Below the pieces are notes generated by a model. The model searched no databases and was not told the DNA's origin. It was given only the letters and a program-made list of their open reading frames with translations. Made by a program: the position numbers and the translations under genes. This document shows positions 1-9,872 of a DNA stretch of 42,261 nt, piece by piece. The DNA lies in NCBI GenBank assembly GCA_000708835.1, contig DF237687.1, positions 1 through 42,261 of the forward strand, read 5' to 3'. Source of the stretch: Klebsormidium nitens. Lineage: Eukaryota > Plantae > Klebsormidiophyceae. The stretch's first letter is position 1; each line of letters starts with the position of its first letter.

Positions 1-242
1 CAAACGTAAAGAAGCAAGTGCCTTGCGAGGTGCGAGTCTCGAGACTCTTTGACTGAATATGGAGCCTCTTCGTGAGTCCTAACTAATCAGTCTTTGGGAA
101 GAAGGCAAGAAGACGCAATTTTTCTGAGAGGCGCTCTTGCTGAGGTGATCCCAAGGCGTGCTGAAAAGCTTCGCATGGTTTCCGCACATGTGAAGTAGAC
201 AGGCAGCGTGTAAACCCTGTCCAACCGTCACATACATAGCAG

Positions 243-2815
243 GCACCTGTGAGGTTGCGACAGTTGTTGGACTCTACCGCACTCTCAACCAGTCCAAGGA
301 CTTTGTTGAGAAGCAGCTGCGATACAGGCTGCGGCAGTGTGTGCATTATGGGGCAGTTGAGGAGCTGTACCATGGGGTTGCGCTCGTCCGTTCTGTCCTA
401 GACTCGGGAGGGTCAAGAGCCATCGATGACCTGTCCTTGGTCAACACGTTAAAGGGCTTCGGGATGATAGGGGCACTCCTCAATGGTTCACAGGTGACAG
501 CCCTCAAGAGAGTCATAGCCAAGGCCAACAGGAGGTGAGTTCTTCGGATGTGAGACGTTTGCAGAGTGCAAGCCTTGGTTATGACTGACCTGAAGCTACT
601 TGTGGACAGTCAACCCAGTCCTGTGCTGCACTTTAGGGTTTCTCTTGCTCGCAACATAGTCAAAACCGGTTTCCTGTTGAGCACCTGAACACGACTGGTC
701 GCAATCCTACAGGTGCATTCTCCTGACCGATGAAGCTGATGCACAACTCGACGCGGGGCAAAGTAGCTACACCAGCGAGGCTGCCAAACAGTTTGTGACC
801 AGCCTTCACCCTGCCCCCATCCTCCGCGTCTCCATCACTGCTACACCGCTGCGCTGCATGCGGTCTGAGAAGAAAGACGTCCCGGTTGACAACGTGGTCA
901 TCGCTCGAGCGGGCAGCTTGTACCGGGGCCTCGAGCAACTCGAGCGTCTCAGTGACGATGCTGGGGTCATCACCCTGACAACCGCGATCCGCAAGAAGGA
1001 CCTGAATGGCCCTCTAAACGACGACGAGAAACGGTTCCTGGCTGCACTGAAGTTGGGTGAGGAAGGCGCGGGGAAGGCGCTGTACCTCAGCTTTGTTAGC
1101 ACGAGCATCAAAGACCACTCACTGGGCGAGGAAAACATTGTGACAAGGAGTCACATCAGGTATGAAAGCTTCATCATTTGTGAAAGAGATTGTGGAGGTG
1201 GCCATCTTAGGGCTTCCCAAGGAATATAGGGTTTGTTTGTTGCTTACCGGGATGGCTAGAACACACAAGCGTGCATAAGCAAGTGGATTTCAACCCCTCC
1301 TATAGTAACAAAAGGGGGGTCCCAAACTATCAAAACACTTTTGAAAGTTGCGCTCCATCTGTGTTACGCGCATCCGTCAGACAACCCTCCAAAAATTGGT
1401 CAACTTTTCACAAGCTTGTCGCTTGTCTCCTCCAGGAAGACATGGGTTGAGGCCGTCCTTGGGGTTCGGTTAGCAGCCGGCACATACCACGCGGGTAATG
1501 CGCTGTACGAAAAGCCTGGGGAGGACGGCCACATGGAGCTGGGACGGGTTTTGCCAGAGGACCTGATCAAGATGCTGCTGACGTTCGACACACACATGGC
1601 GATCGAGTGTTCAGTCAACCACGTGGATCGGGTCAACAGCCATGTCGCCAGGGACGACAATGGTGAGGAAGTGTCCCGGTCCGCTTTGGGTGCGCTTGCG
1701 CTTCCCACCCAATCAGCTTCGTCTTCGCTCTGCTAGCGGCTTTGTCCTGCCGTCCCTATCCCCAGAGTGTGCTACAGTTGGCTTCTGTCCTCACACCGAT
1801 CCCTGGACATGCAAGCTTTTTGATAGAACCCGTTGCACAGAGCTCACTCTGTGTTCATATTTGTGCAGGTGACGTCATTCATCCCACCGCGATCATGGTG
1901 CAGCTCTCGCCCCACGAGACACTGTGCTCGAGCACTCAAATTGATCTCAACAGGGCTATCCAGATCCTCTCCAGAGCCTGCGGCCATTGGCCGGATAGGA
2001 GGCGCATCCCCGTGTTGTGCAGCCCCGAGCTCTGGGAGATGATTAACGCTTACAAGCTGGGGAAGCAGTGGACGGAGGACTACGAAAGCCAGCCCAACTA
2101 CCTCCAGACCCCAGCCTTTACGAGGCTCGACGAGGTCAGCACGATGGCTCAGGCCGGCTAACTGGAACCTGCCCTGCAATCTGCTCTATCACATGCAAAC
2201 CAGTTAAGAGTGCTGCCCTCTGGATCGTTGTGGTTGTTGTTGCTACCATTTTGGCCTGGTGAAACACACAACCCACTCCACTTGCAGACCACGCTCACAA
2301 CAAGGGCAACACCTCTCCGCGTCTCCCTCCCCCGCAACGCTGATGGCACCTTCGTCGACCCTCCCCAAAACTACACCCTCCTGAAGAGTACGAAGAAGCA
2401 CACCTGGAGGGACAGGGTGAAGTATGTCCGGGACCCGGTCGCGAGCCCTGTCCTCCCGGAAGCTCGAGCTGTTGGCGGAGGGCCGCCGGTGGAGGACGAG
2501 AGAGACGGGAGCGCCTCGAGCGACGAGGGCGAGGAGGCCGAGGAGCCGGTGAAAGTGGATGTGGGCGATCGGCCACTGGCGCCCTGGTTGCAGCGGCAGG
2601 ATCTGACGCTCGAGGAGTTCTACGAGCAGGAGTTCCCAGACGCCCGGCCCTTCACCATGTGCACCGACCCCCCCTATACGGTGGACCTCGCTACCGTCCT
2701 TGAGGAGATTGGGACAAAGGGGCCTCAGCTGCTCAAAGCCCTCGAAAACCACGCTGCTGAGCCAGAGCTGGCCGCATCCACATCGGGGGGCTCCTCAAAC
2801 TGTCAGCATCCATGA
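243..2815 (+). CDS. Spliced gene (5' part unresolved), divergent SF2 helicase-like C-terminal half
   Basis: Phase-consistent GT-AG exon chain 243-534, 803-1159, 1436-1662, 1869-2134, 2288-2815 (phases 2,2,1,0 checked against the ORF frames). The joined protein contains RVSITATP (motif III-like) and AIQILSRACG (motif VI-like). Helicase call rests on these two motifs only. Confidence 0.5.
1269..1372 (+). repeat. Solo copy of the ~105-120 bp IR-bounded CCCC-CTATAG-AAAA-GGGG...ACTTTTGAAA element, inside an intron
   Basis: Shares 28 identical nt (ACTTTTGAAAGTTGCGCTCCATCTGTGT) with 25858-25977 and matches the reverse complement of the 213-bp array unit at 19.4-20.8 kb. Confidence 0.8.
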
Positions 2816-3153
2816 CCGGGAGCAGAACCGTCCGGCACGCAACGTTCATCACTTCCAGCGGCCCAAAAGGTTACCAGATTCCCTTCATCCTGCACAACAA
2901 GTTCCTCGAGTTGCGGGCACTGTACGAGACGGAGACGAAGAAGTTTGTATGCCTGAGGAGCTCGTTCACACAGGAGGAGAGGCAGAACATCACTGAAGCA
3001 GGCTACTTTGCCGACATAGGGTTTGCGGCTCCCACAGCAGGAGTCAGCGGGACGAGCTTCATAGCTCGGATGAGGTATATCCAGCAGCACAGCGACGTGT
3101 CAAGATTCGGGCACAGGCAGCAGCCAACCAAGCGGAAGCTCCCGTTTGAGTAG
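2812..3153 (+). CDS. Hypothetical protein, possibly a frameshifted tail of the upstream gene
   Basis: 113-aa ORF whose ATG overlaps the upstream TGA (ATGA); protein-like composition; no recognised motif. Confidence 0.4.
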   Translation: MTGSRTVRHATFITSSGPKGYQIPFILHNKFLELRALYETETKKFVCLRSSFTQEERQNITEAGYFADIGFAAPTAGVSGTSFIARMRYIQQHSDVSRFGHRQQPTKRKLPFE

Positions 3154-3231
3154 ATTTGAGACAGTTTTGAGAAGCCTCTGGTGTTTGATTGTAAGGTGTT
3201 TTCGGTCTGGATTGCAAACGAGTGCTGATAT

Positions 3232-3414
3232 TCAATTCTTATGCATGTTATGTATCAGCTTTGCGATCGTGCTCACTAGCTCTATATGCTCAAAGTCAGT
3301 GCGTCGCAGCAGGTCTTTGACCAGCACTGTCTTTCCCACGGCTCTCACACCGATTATCAAGATGGTCTTGTTCTCGATGGTCGAGGGAGCAAACTTTCTG
3401 ATAGAAAGCTCCAT
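3232..3414 (-). pseudogene. Truncated A32-like (NCLDV packaging ATPase) N-terminal fragment
   Basis: MELSIRKFAPSTIENKTILIIGVRAVGKTVLVKDLL resembles the phycodna/mimivirus A32 start (M-x-L-x-KF-x-P...IG-x4-GK[ST]-x-LV-x-D) with a Walker A. Stops after 60 aa with no Walker B. Confidence 0.6.
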
Positions 3415-3528
3415 TCTTTTGTGTCACAAAATCTATTACCGATTCTCAACGCGGCTGACCTGTTTCTAAGCAGAGGAAAGTACATTCTGATTTCAGGAAG
3501 CTTTGCTCGCTCGTATGTTTGTCAGAGA

Positions 3529-3972
3529 TTACGGGTCACTCTGGTCACTCTCGGAAATGTCCGAGTCGGGATCTTGCAATTTTTGCGAAAGAGTAGCTTC
3601 GATCTTCGCAAGGATGAAGGGGACATATTCATCACTATGCAAGAGTCTGATGATTTTCCGAAAGATTCTTTCGGACAAGCCACCATCGTCATACATATCC
3701 AAGTCAGCGTCCCGTACAAACTGTTCGAATCGTTTCAAGAGACTGGTATCGACGACTCCAGATTTCAACAATTGATCCACTATTATGATGAGTATGTCCG
3801 CTAGAGCGTATGAATCGGAACATAAATGTCGTTTGGTTTGAGTATGTAATGCTCCTAGATCCATCAGTATCGATGCATGACATTTTATATTACGCGACGA
3901 GGACGCACCTAGTTTTGATGCACAATAGGGTATTCTGCGATCGCAAGCGTCATCATATCCATTTTCGAACAA
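3529..3972 (-). CDS. Hypothetical protein, AT-richer viral-like block
   Basis: 147-aa ATG-initiated intronless ORF with helical, acidic C-terminus; no family recognised. Confidence 0.5.
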   Translation of the reverse strand: MFENGYDDACDRRIPYCASKLGASSSRNIKCHASILMDLGALHTQTKRHLCSDSYALADILIIIVDQLLKSGVVDTSLLKRFEQFVRDADLDMYDDGGLSERIFRKIIRLLHSDEYVPFILAKIEATLSQKLQDPDSDISESDQSDP

Positions 3973-4042
3973 AAATGTAGGCGTCTGGCGGTAGATGCGT
4001 CAACACGGCAACATTTTCTTTCTTTATGAATCCATAATCATC

Positions 4043-4303
4043 ATGATTTCGTGTCCAAAGTGCTCGAGTGGTCTCGTCCAAGAAGGGTCGAAAAATAATC
4101 GATGCATCGCTTGTGATCACAAGTGGAAGCTGAAGTATTCTATGACTTTCAAGTGTTCAGGTTGTTCGTATTCTGGGCCTCTACCGGGCACGTGGATGCG
4201 TCTATACAAAGATGGGAGAACAGATTGGTTTTCGTGCACCACGTGTGGTATGCACAACAACGGAGACTCAATCAGTAGTAAAGTCGAGCTCGAGGATGTC
4301 TGA
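4043..4303 (+). CDS. Small zinc-ribbon protein
   Basis: MISCPKC...CIAC...CSGC...CTTC: four CxxC pairs in 86 aa. Confidence 0.6.
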   Translation: MISCPKCSSGLVQEGSKNNRCIACDHKWKLKYSMTFKCSGCSYSGPLPGTWMRLYKDGRTDWFSCTTCGMHNNGDSISSKVELEDV

Positions 4304-4802
4304 TTGTTTGCGGCAGAGAACTGAAGACGCTACCAGAACGCGTCGATATAGGGCGAACAGATTCCTCGGGATACAACAGAGAGAATATGGCGTCTTCTCG
4401 GTTAGCAGCTCGTCTCCAGACTATCCAGGCAGCGGTCCTACCGCCCCCTGCAGAAAGACAGTATCTGCATCAGTTATGCATGTTTTGTAATGTTTGATGG
4501 CCAATTGTCAAGTTAGTACCGATTGGTCAGATTATAAGCTAGGGGCCAATGATCGGCTTCAAAGTGACTTTCCATCATGTTGCAACCGTTGGCTTCGCTG
4601 CTCAGTTAGAACATCCTGAGCAGCACTGCCAAGTGTCCGTGCCAAACTGTAACGGTATCTCATGTATGTGCCATGCGAATTACAGACAATGAGTCGCACG
4701 GTATCAACGCTCAGCATGCTTGCATCATCCGGATACCATCCTACACTGCCGTAGGTTGAAGTGGTCCTGCGCGTTTTTATCTTAACTCAAAGAAAGACAA
4801 AG

Positions 4803-5544
4803 ATGCCGTCCCTAGCCAGAGCGTATAGACCGTCCCTTCACATGACGAAGACGAAGAAGACCGGGTCGTCACGTGCCCTTGTTCGCCAGCCCCGCCGCCA
4901 CATCCACTCGACGACTGATGCAGTGGAACGTTTGAGGGACGGCCAGCTCAGGCGACTTGCCAGAATGGCCGGTGTGGTGCGCATCAACGGTGAGCTCTAT
5001 GATGCAGTGCGCGGCTGGATCAGGAGGATTGTTGAGCGCTTTGTCAAGGACGCCGTCATCTACACCGAGTACCTTCGTCACAAGATCATTACCAGGGACG
5101 ACATGCTCAATGCCTGGCAACGCAACTTTGGCCAGATGTACGGCGCAACCGTTGCTGCCAAAAAGCACTGCCGCCTGTTCAAGAAGAGGTCCGAGGGCGG
5201 ACGCCCTGCCCGTCCGGGTCGACGCGCCTTGCAGGAGGTCAGGCATTACCAGAAGCAGGCGGACTGCCTGCACTTTTTCTTCTCCGCGTTTTCCGACCTA
5301 CTGCGCTCTGTGGCACATGATTAACGTTGCGCAAGATAGGGGCATCAAGCTATCCAAGGATGCGGTCACGGTTGCGCAGGTTTGTGTAGAGGCTCTGGTC
5401 GTGCACTTGCTTGCCATGGGCCAGCTGGCTGCTATTCATGACAGCGAGCGCAAAACTCTACAACCGAAGGATCTGGCACTCGTCCGCACCTTCTTGGATC
5501 AATCCCTAGCTCACTGCCCCACCAACACCATGCCCACTCTGTAG
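4803..5544 (+). pseudogene. Viral-type H4-H3 doublet histone, interrupted by a 1-nt frameshift at ~5322
   Basis: LRRLARMAGVVRINGELYDAVRG...KDAVIYTEY...MYG aligns to H4. RPGRRALQEVRHYQK...FSDLLRSVAHD aligns to H3 alphaN/alpha1. After an extra T (GAT-T-AAC) the +1 frame gives KLSKDAV...EALVVHL...AAIHDSERKTLQPKDLALVR, matching H3 alpha2-alpha3. Confidence 0.88.
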
Positions 5545-5557
5545 GCTTTCCCGAACC

Positions 5558-5983
5558 TCACTGCCTCGAAACATTCTGCCGATAAGCATTTGAGTCGCCT
5601 ATATTTCCCGGCGGAGAGAATTTTGCGACATACAAATATGCCCCGCCGTCCATCTGGGTCACACCTGCCCCAATCTTTCTGGTATTCTTCCACACAATCT
5701 GCGTGCCATGGCCGGTCTTGTTGTTGAATCCAGGCCGCTCGTAATCGTAGAGGTCCATCTCTTTTGCCCACCAGTCTATTGCGGTGCGCATGTCCGGCTC
5801 GAAGCTCCACACTTTTGCCAGGTTCTCCCCGTACTGTCGATCGGTTGAGTGAACAAACTGCTTCCGATTCGCCCAGTCCTGAGCGCACCTGGCAAGTGCG
5901 TCGTCCCAAACAAGGGCGGGCGCCCCGTGCCTGCGTCTGATATCATTGATGCGTGCAAGTACTTGTGCCTGATTCAGTGACAT
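5558..5983 (-). CDS. CAP/SCP/PR-1 superfamily protein, no signal peptide
   Basis: INDIRRRHGAPALVWDDALA-x-AQDWA, HS-x4-YGENL, W-x2-E-x3-YDY, TGHGTQIVWK and PPGN are CAP signature motifs. Confidence 0.92.
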   Translation of the reverse strand: MSLNQAQVLARINDIRRRHGAPALVWDDALARCAQDWANRKQFVHSTDRQYGENLAKVWSFEPDMRTAIDWWAKEMDLYDYERPGFNNKTGHGTQIVWKNTRKIGAGVTQMDGGAYLYVAKFSPPGNIGDSNAYRQNVSRQ

Positions 5984-6020
5984 GCTCGGTACAATCCGCA
6001 AAGGTTTTGTTTAGGGCTGC

Positions 6021-6689
6021 TTAGTTGCACTTGCAAGTGCAGCTCTTCAGTTCATATGAGTTGTAGCAGACCTGCAAGGGGTCTTCTGTCGGTGCTGGGC
6101 CCGGCGCCATTGCGGGCGAGCTAGTAGGCTCGTCACATGGTGCTTGAGCGGGGGCTGGGCTTGGAGCGTCAATCGGTAGATTTTCGGGCGGAGGGGATGG
6201 TTGGACTGTTGGGGCTGGTGCAATTGGTTGCGGAGCGGGCGCCATGGGCTGCGGAGCAGGCGCGTCCGTTGTGTTGTCACAGGGGGCATCCGTCTGTGTT
6301 GGAGTTGGGGTGGGAGACTCTGTTGGGGTTGGAGTGGGGGCTTCGGTGGGGGCTTCAGTTGGTGTGGGTGTTGGACTCTCGGTTGGAGGTGGCGGAGGGG
6401 GGTTTGGTGGCGGATTTGGTGGCGGGTTCGGCGGTGTGGGTGTTGGACTCTCGGTTGGAGGTGGCGGAGGGCTCTGTGTCTCTGTTGGCTGGGGTGGGGG
6501 AGAGCTCTGTGTTGTCACTGGAGGCGGGTAATTGTACGAGATCGGAAGTGATTCCGGGCTAGGGGTTTGAGTGACGTTGTGGCAGGTGTGATTTGCACAC
6601 AAGAGAGACCTTCGCGAGATGCTTGCAGCAGAGGCAGAAGTGGTCAGCATGGCAAGCACCAAGAACGGGGCTACCCACATAGCCCTCAT
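6021..6689 (-). CDS. Secreted Pro/Thr-rich, arabinogalactan/extensin-like glycoprotein
   Basis: Hydrophobic leader (MRAMWVAPFLVLAMLTTSASA); SPPPP, TPTP, TEAP and APAP repeats; Cys clusters at both ends; intronless. Confidence 0.7.
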   Translation of the reverse strand: MRAMWVAPFLVLAMLTTSASAASISRRSLLCANHTCHNVTQTPSPESLPISYNYPPPVTTQSSPPPQPTETQSPPPPPTESPTPTPPNPPPNPPPNPPPPPPTESPTPTPTEAPTEAPTPTPTESPTPTPTQTDAPCDNTTDAPAPQPMAPAPQPIAPAPTVQPSPPPENLPIDAPSPAPAQAPCDEPTSSPAMAPGPAPTEDPLQVCYNSYELKSCTCKCN

Positions 6690-6963
6690 AGCTGTTACCA
6701 TGGTTCTCGGAAAAAATTCATGGCAAACCAACCGAAGCATCTGATTTTGTTCACAAAGTGTATGCAAGCATGTTTCTTTACTACTGCCTGATCGCTCTGC
6801 TGGTGCTTGGCCTCTTGATTGACTTCAAAGCTGTTGAGCAGTTCACTCCATGGGCCGAAGTGAATCCAAGACTTTTTCAAAGATACATGGCATCACCAGG
6901 CGTCTGAGCAGCACAGAATCATTGCTTAGGAACTTGCAGGACCCCAAGAAGCATCAATCCAAC

Positions 6964-8028
6964 ATGGCTTCTCCAGTCGTGCAAAAGTCGTACGTGTGCA
7001 ATCATGAAGATTGTGGTGCAGAGTACACGAGAAGTAGCAACCTTGCTCGACACAAACGAAAGCATACGGATGAAAAGCAGTTTGTGTGCTCCCACCTTAA
7101 CTGTGATGCTGCTTACACAAGGGTTGACGCCTTGAGATCTCACCAATGTACGCACTCAGATGAGAGGAACTTCGTGTGTTCTGAAGCGGATTGTGGCGCT
7201 GCCTTCAAGACAAGCAATCATCTTGTACGACACGAACTTGCACACACCGATAAATCACTGTCGAAATGCGCTTATCCAGGTTGTGGTGCCCTGTTGAAGA
7301 GAGGAGATACTCTTCTTCGGCACGAACGTACACATAATGATGAGAAGGCTCTCAAGTGCTCCTACTACATGGGCTGCAACGCTGCTTTTGCGAGGCGAGA
7401 CACTCTCACCTTACACGAACGGACGCATTCGGGCATAAAGCCATTCGCATGCAGCGAAGCTGGCTGCGATGAAGCATTTTCAAGGAGCGACGCCCTAAAG
7501 ACACACGTCTTCTATTACCACACGGAAAAAGGCCAGCAGCGTCGGAAGCGCGAGGAGGAGCGGATTGCCAAGCTTCTCACGACGGCCGGACTCCCTTTCA
7601 AGCGCGAGCATCATGTGACCTTTGACTGCTTGGGGGGCTCGTTCGCGCGTATCGACTTCATCCTCGACCACAAAGGGAAGATCATTGTGATTGAGGTTGA
7701 CGAGTACCAGCACGAAGGCTACGGAGTGGCTTGCGATGTGGCACGAATGCTGCAGATCTACGAGGCGTGGGCCATCGAAGGCAACTCACTGCCCGTGCAC
7801 ATCATTCGCTACAACCCTCATACGTTCCAGATTGATGGGAAGCGAGCAGCGGTCACACGCAAGATTCGAGAGGCACGTCTGCTCGAAGCCATCAATGAGG
7901 CAGCAGAGATGGAGTCAGAAGGTCTGCACATTCAATACATGTACTACGATCTGAAGGATGGCAAGCCAGCAATAATGGAGGATGAGGCATTTACCATTAC
8001 AGACTGTTGCCTGGACGCAATTGTGTGA
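6964..8028 (+). CDS. Six C2H2 zinc fingers fused to a Vsr/DUF559-like PD-(D/E)XK nuclease domain
   Basis: Six C-x4/5-C-x12-H-x3/4-H units with TGEKP-like linkers (TDEKQF, SDERNF, SGIKPF). C-terminal E...RIDF...IEVDEYQH...C-x3-RM...IIRYNP pattern, which I recognise from giant-virus endonucleases. Confidence 0.82.
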   Translation: MASPVVQKSYVCNHEDCGAEYTRSSNLARHKRKHTDEKQFVCSHLNCDAAYTRVDALRSHQCTHSDERNFVCSEADCGAAFKTSNHLVRHELAHTDKSLSKCAYPGCGALLKRGDTLLRHERTHNDEKALKCSYYMGCNAAFARRDTLTLHERTHSGIKPFACSEAGCDEAFSRSDALKTHVFYYHTEKGQQRRKREEERIAKLLTTAGLPFKREHHVTFDCLGGSFARIDFILDHKGKIIVIEVDEYQHEGYGVACDVARMLQIYEAWAIEGNSLPVHIIRYNPHTFQIDGKRAAVTRKIREARLLEAINEAAEMESEGLHIQYMYYDLKDGKPAIMEDEAFTITDCCLDAIV

Positions 8029-8155
8029 TGTGATCTGCTACACTTGTACAGTCAGTACAGTACAGCTTAAGTTTGAAAGGGTGCGGAATCTCTAATCAAT
8101 ATCACGGGCTTCCTATAACCAGTGTCCACAAATTTCCTCAACATACGAGTAAGTG

Positions 8156-9820
8156 ATGCAGTGTGCTTGCAGAACGAAACGGGGGCGACGCTGCTCCCTC
8201 CCCGCCAAAGCTAATTCCCGCTACTGTCGTCTCCACCATTTCTGTCATCAGAACGGTGCTGAGTCTCACGTTCCTGACGTAGCGCAGTGCATGTGCGTGG
8301 TCCAGACCGGTCACAGACAGTGTTCACGTGTAGCAGAGCCTGGCAGCACTCTCTGCTGGCAGCACAGATATTGCAGTAAGATCTTTCGAGGACAGACAAG
8401 ACCCCGATCGGGCAGGAGAAGCGGTGTGGGCACACAGACAGGAAGATTCAACAGAGGCACGCAGGTCGGAGGGGTCAACGTGGGCACACAGACAGGAAGA
8501 TTCAACAGAGGCACCCAGGTCGGTGGAGCCAACACGGGCACACAGGTAGGAAGATTCAACAGAGGCACACAGGTTGGGGGGACCAACATGGGCGGAGGTA
8601 CTGATGTTGGCACCGGCACGAATTCAATCACGCGTCCTGTAGTGAGCAGAGGGACGAGCGGACCCCGTCAAGTGACATTTGCAAGTACCGGCGTAGGCCC
8701 GAATGCAGGTCCGAATCGCGCGAGCTTTGGCACGAATGCACGCCCACTTCCAACCTTTGCAAGCACTGCAGCTGGCTCAGATGCAGCGCGGAGCCGTGGA
8801 ACGAGTGCACGCCCTCTCCCAAACTTTGCAAACAAGGCAGCAGGTCCAAATGCACGCCCGCCACGTGCAAACATGGGGACGGCTACCAATGTGGATGATG
8901 CTTGTGCCCTCCTCGCTCGAAGCATGCCATGTACGGACATCCTCAGGGTCCTTGGTATATGGGAACCGAGTCTGACAGAGAGTGAAGCAAGGTCTCGTTT
9001 TGAAAGCTGGGTTCAACAGTACACTGCCAGGTACGGTCAAACAGAGCTTCTGCGGAGAGTGAATGATTGCTTCCAGAGCGTTCGAGACAATGCATGGATT
9101 AACGCAGACGGAGGTCTGCTCAACGAGGAGGCTGATTTCGCCGAAGAAGACCCCCTTGCAGGTCTCGATCAGCCGAGGCGCCGGTACCACGGCCGGGCAA
9201 GGAGTGGGAACCAAGTTGCACCAAGGAGGGCGTTTGTTGGAAGCGGTCAAGGTGCTAGGCGGGAGGGGCTTTCTGCAGAGCTTCGGAGAATCAAGAAGGA
9301 AAGGGAACTTGAGGCTGAGATGAGTGAGTCTGAGGACTGTGAAAAGTTGCTTTTAAAGCACATTTTCAGGCGAACACGAGCTGAGACTAAGAAAGCATGG
9401 ATAAAATTCTCCCTACAATTCCATCCAGACAAGAATCCGGAACTGAACGCGAGGTTTGGAGTTTACTTCAGAAAGGTCAAGGACTGCTAGTATGACAGAT
9501 TCAAGGAAGAAACGTCCCATTGGGACGATGCACAGTGGGCAGCAGTTTACGACCACTACACAGCACACGTCCCATCCGGCCCTTCTCCTTCCATTCCAGA
9601 CCCCAGTCCTGGCCCAATTCCTGACCCAGTGATTCCGGATGACCCAATGCACGTCGACCCAATTCCTGCCCTAGAGGTCCCCAATGACCCAATGCAGGTC
9701 GACCCACAGGTGAGGGACAGGCGCAGAGCAGCTCCGCACGCTTTTCCAGACTATTGGGATATTGCAAACCGCTTGCCTGGCGCCAAAAGAAGTAGACGGG
9801 ACGGTGCTGGGTCTTCCTAA
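8156..9820 (+). pseudogene. Cys3His-motif / TQT-repeat / J-domain protein with in-frame TAG at 9488-9490
   Basis: Two N-terminal C-x6/7-G-x2-C-x9-C-x2-H motifs; 18-aa repeats; a degenerate J-like helical unit; KKAWIKFSLQFHPDKNPE (HPD). The frame stays open after the TAG (YDRFKEE...GAGSS) to TAA at 9820. Confidence 0.7.
8426..8590 (+). repeat. 54-bp coding tandem repeat, three copies (VGTQTGRFNRGTQVGGxN)
   Basis: Units start at 8426, 8480 and 8534. Confidence 0.92.
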
Positions 9821-9872
9821 CAGAACCGTGCTCATACTGGTAGGGCTTGAAGCGCCCCACAAAGGATTCCTA

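Noticed and set aside
634-645. Telomere-like TTTAGGG (also near 6011 and 36563)
   Set aside because: Single isolated copies, expected by chance.
1160-1435. Introner-type element creating this intron
   Set aside because: The repeat lies in the intron interior, about 110 and 60 nt from the splice sites, and does not supply them.
5300-5340. Intron or programmed frameshift repairing the histone
   Set aside because: The only GT-AG pair is 26 nt and gives the wrong frame; no slippery heptamer is present.
6047-6562. Several overlapping Gly/Val/Trp-rich ORFs
   Set aside because: Alternative and antisense frames of the Pro-rich gene.
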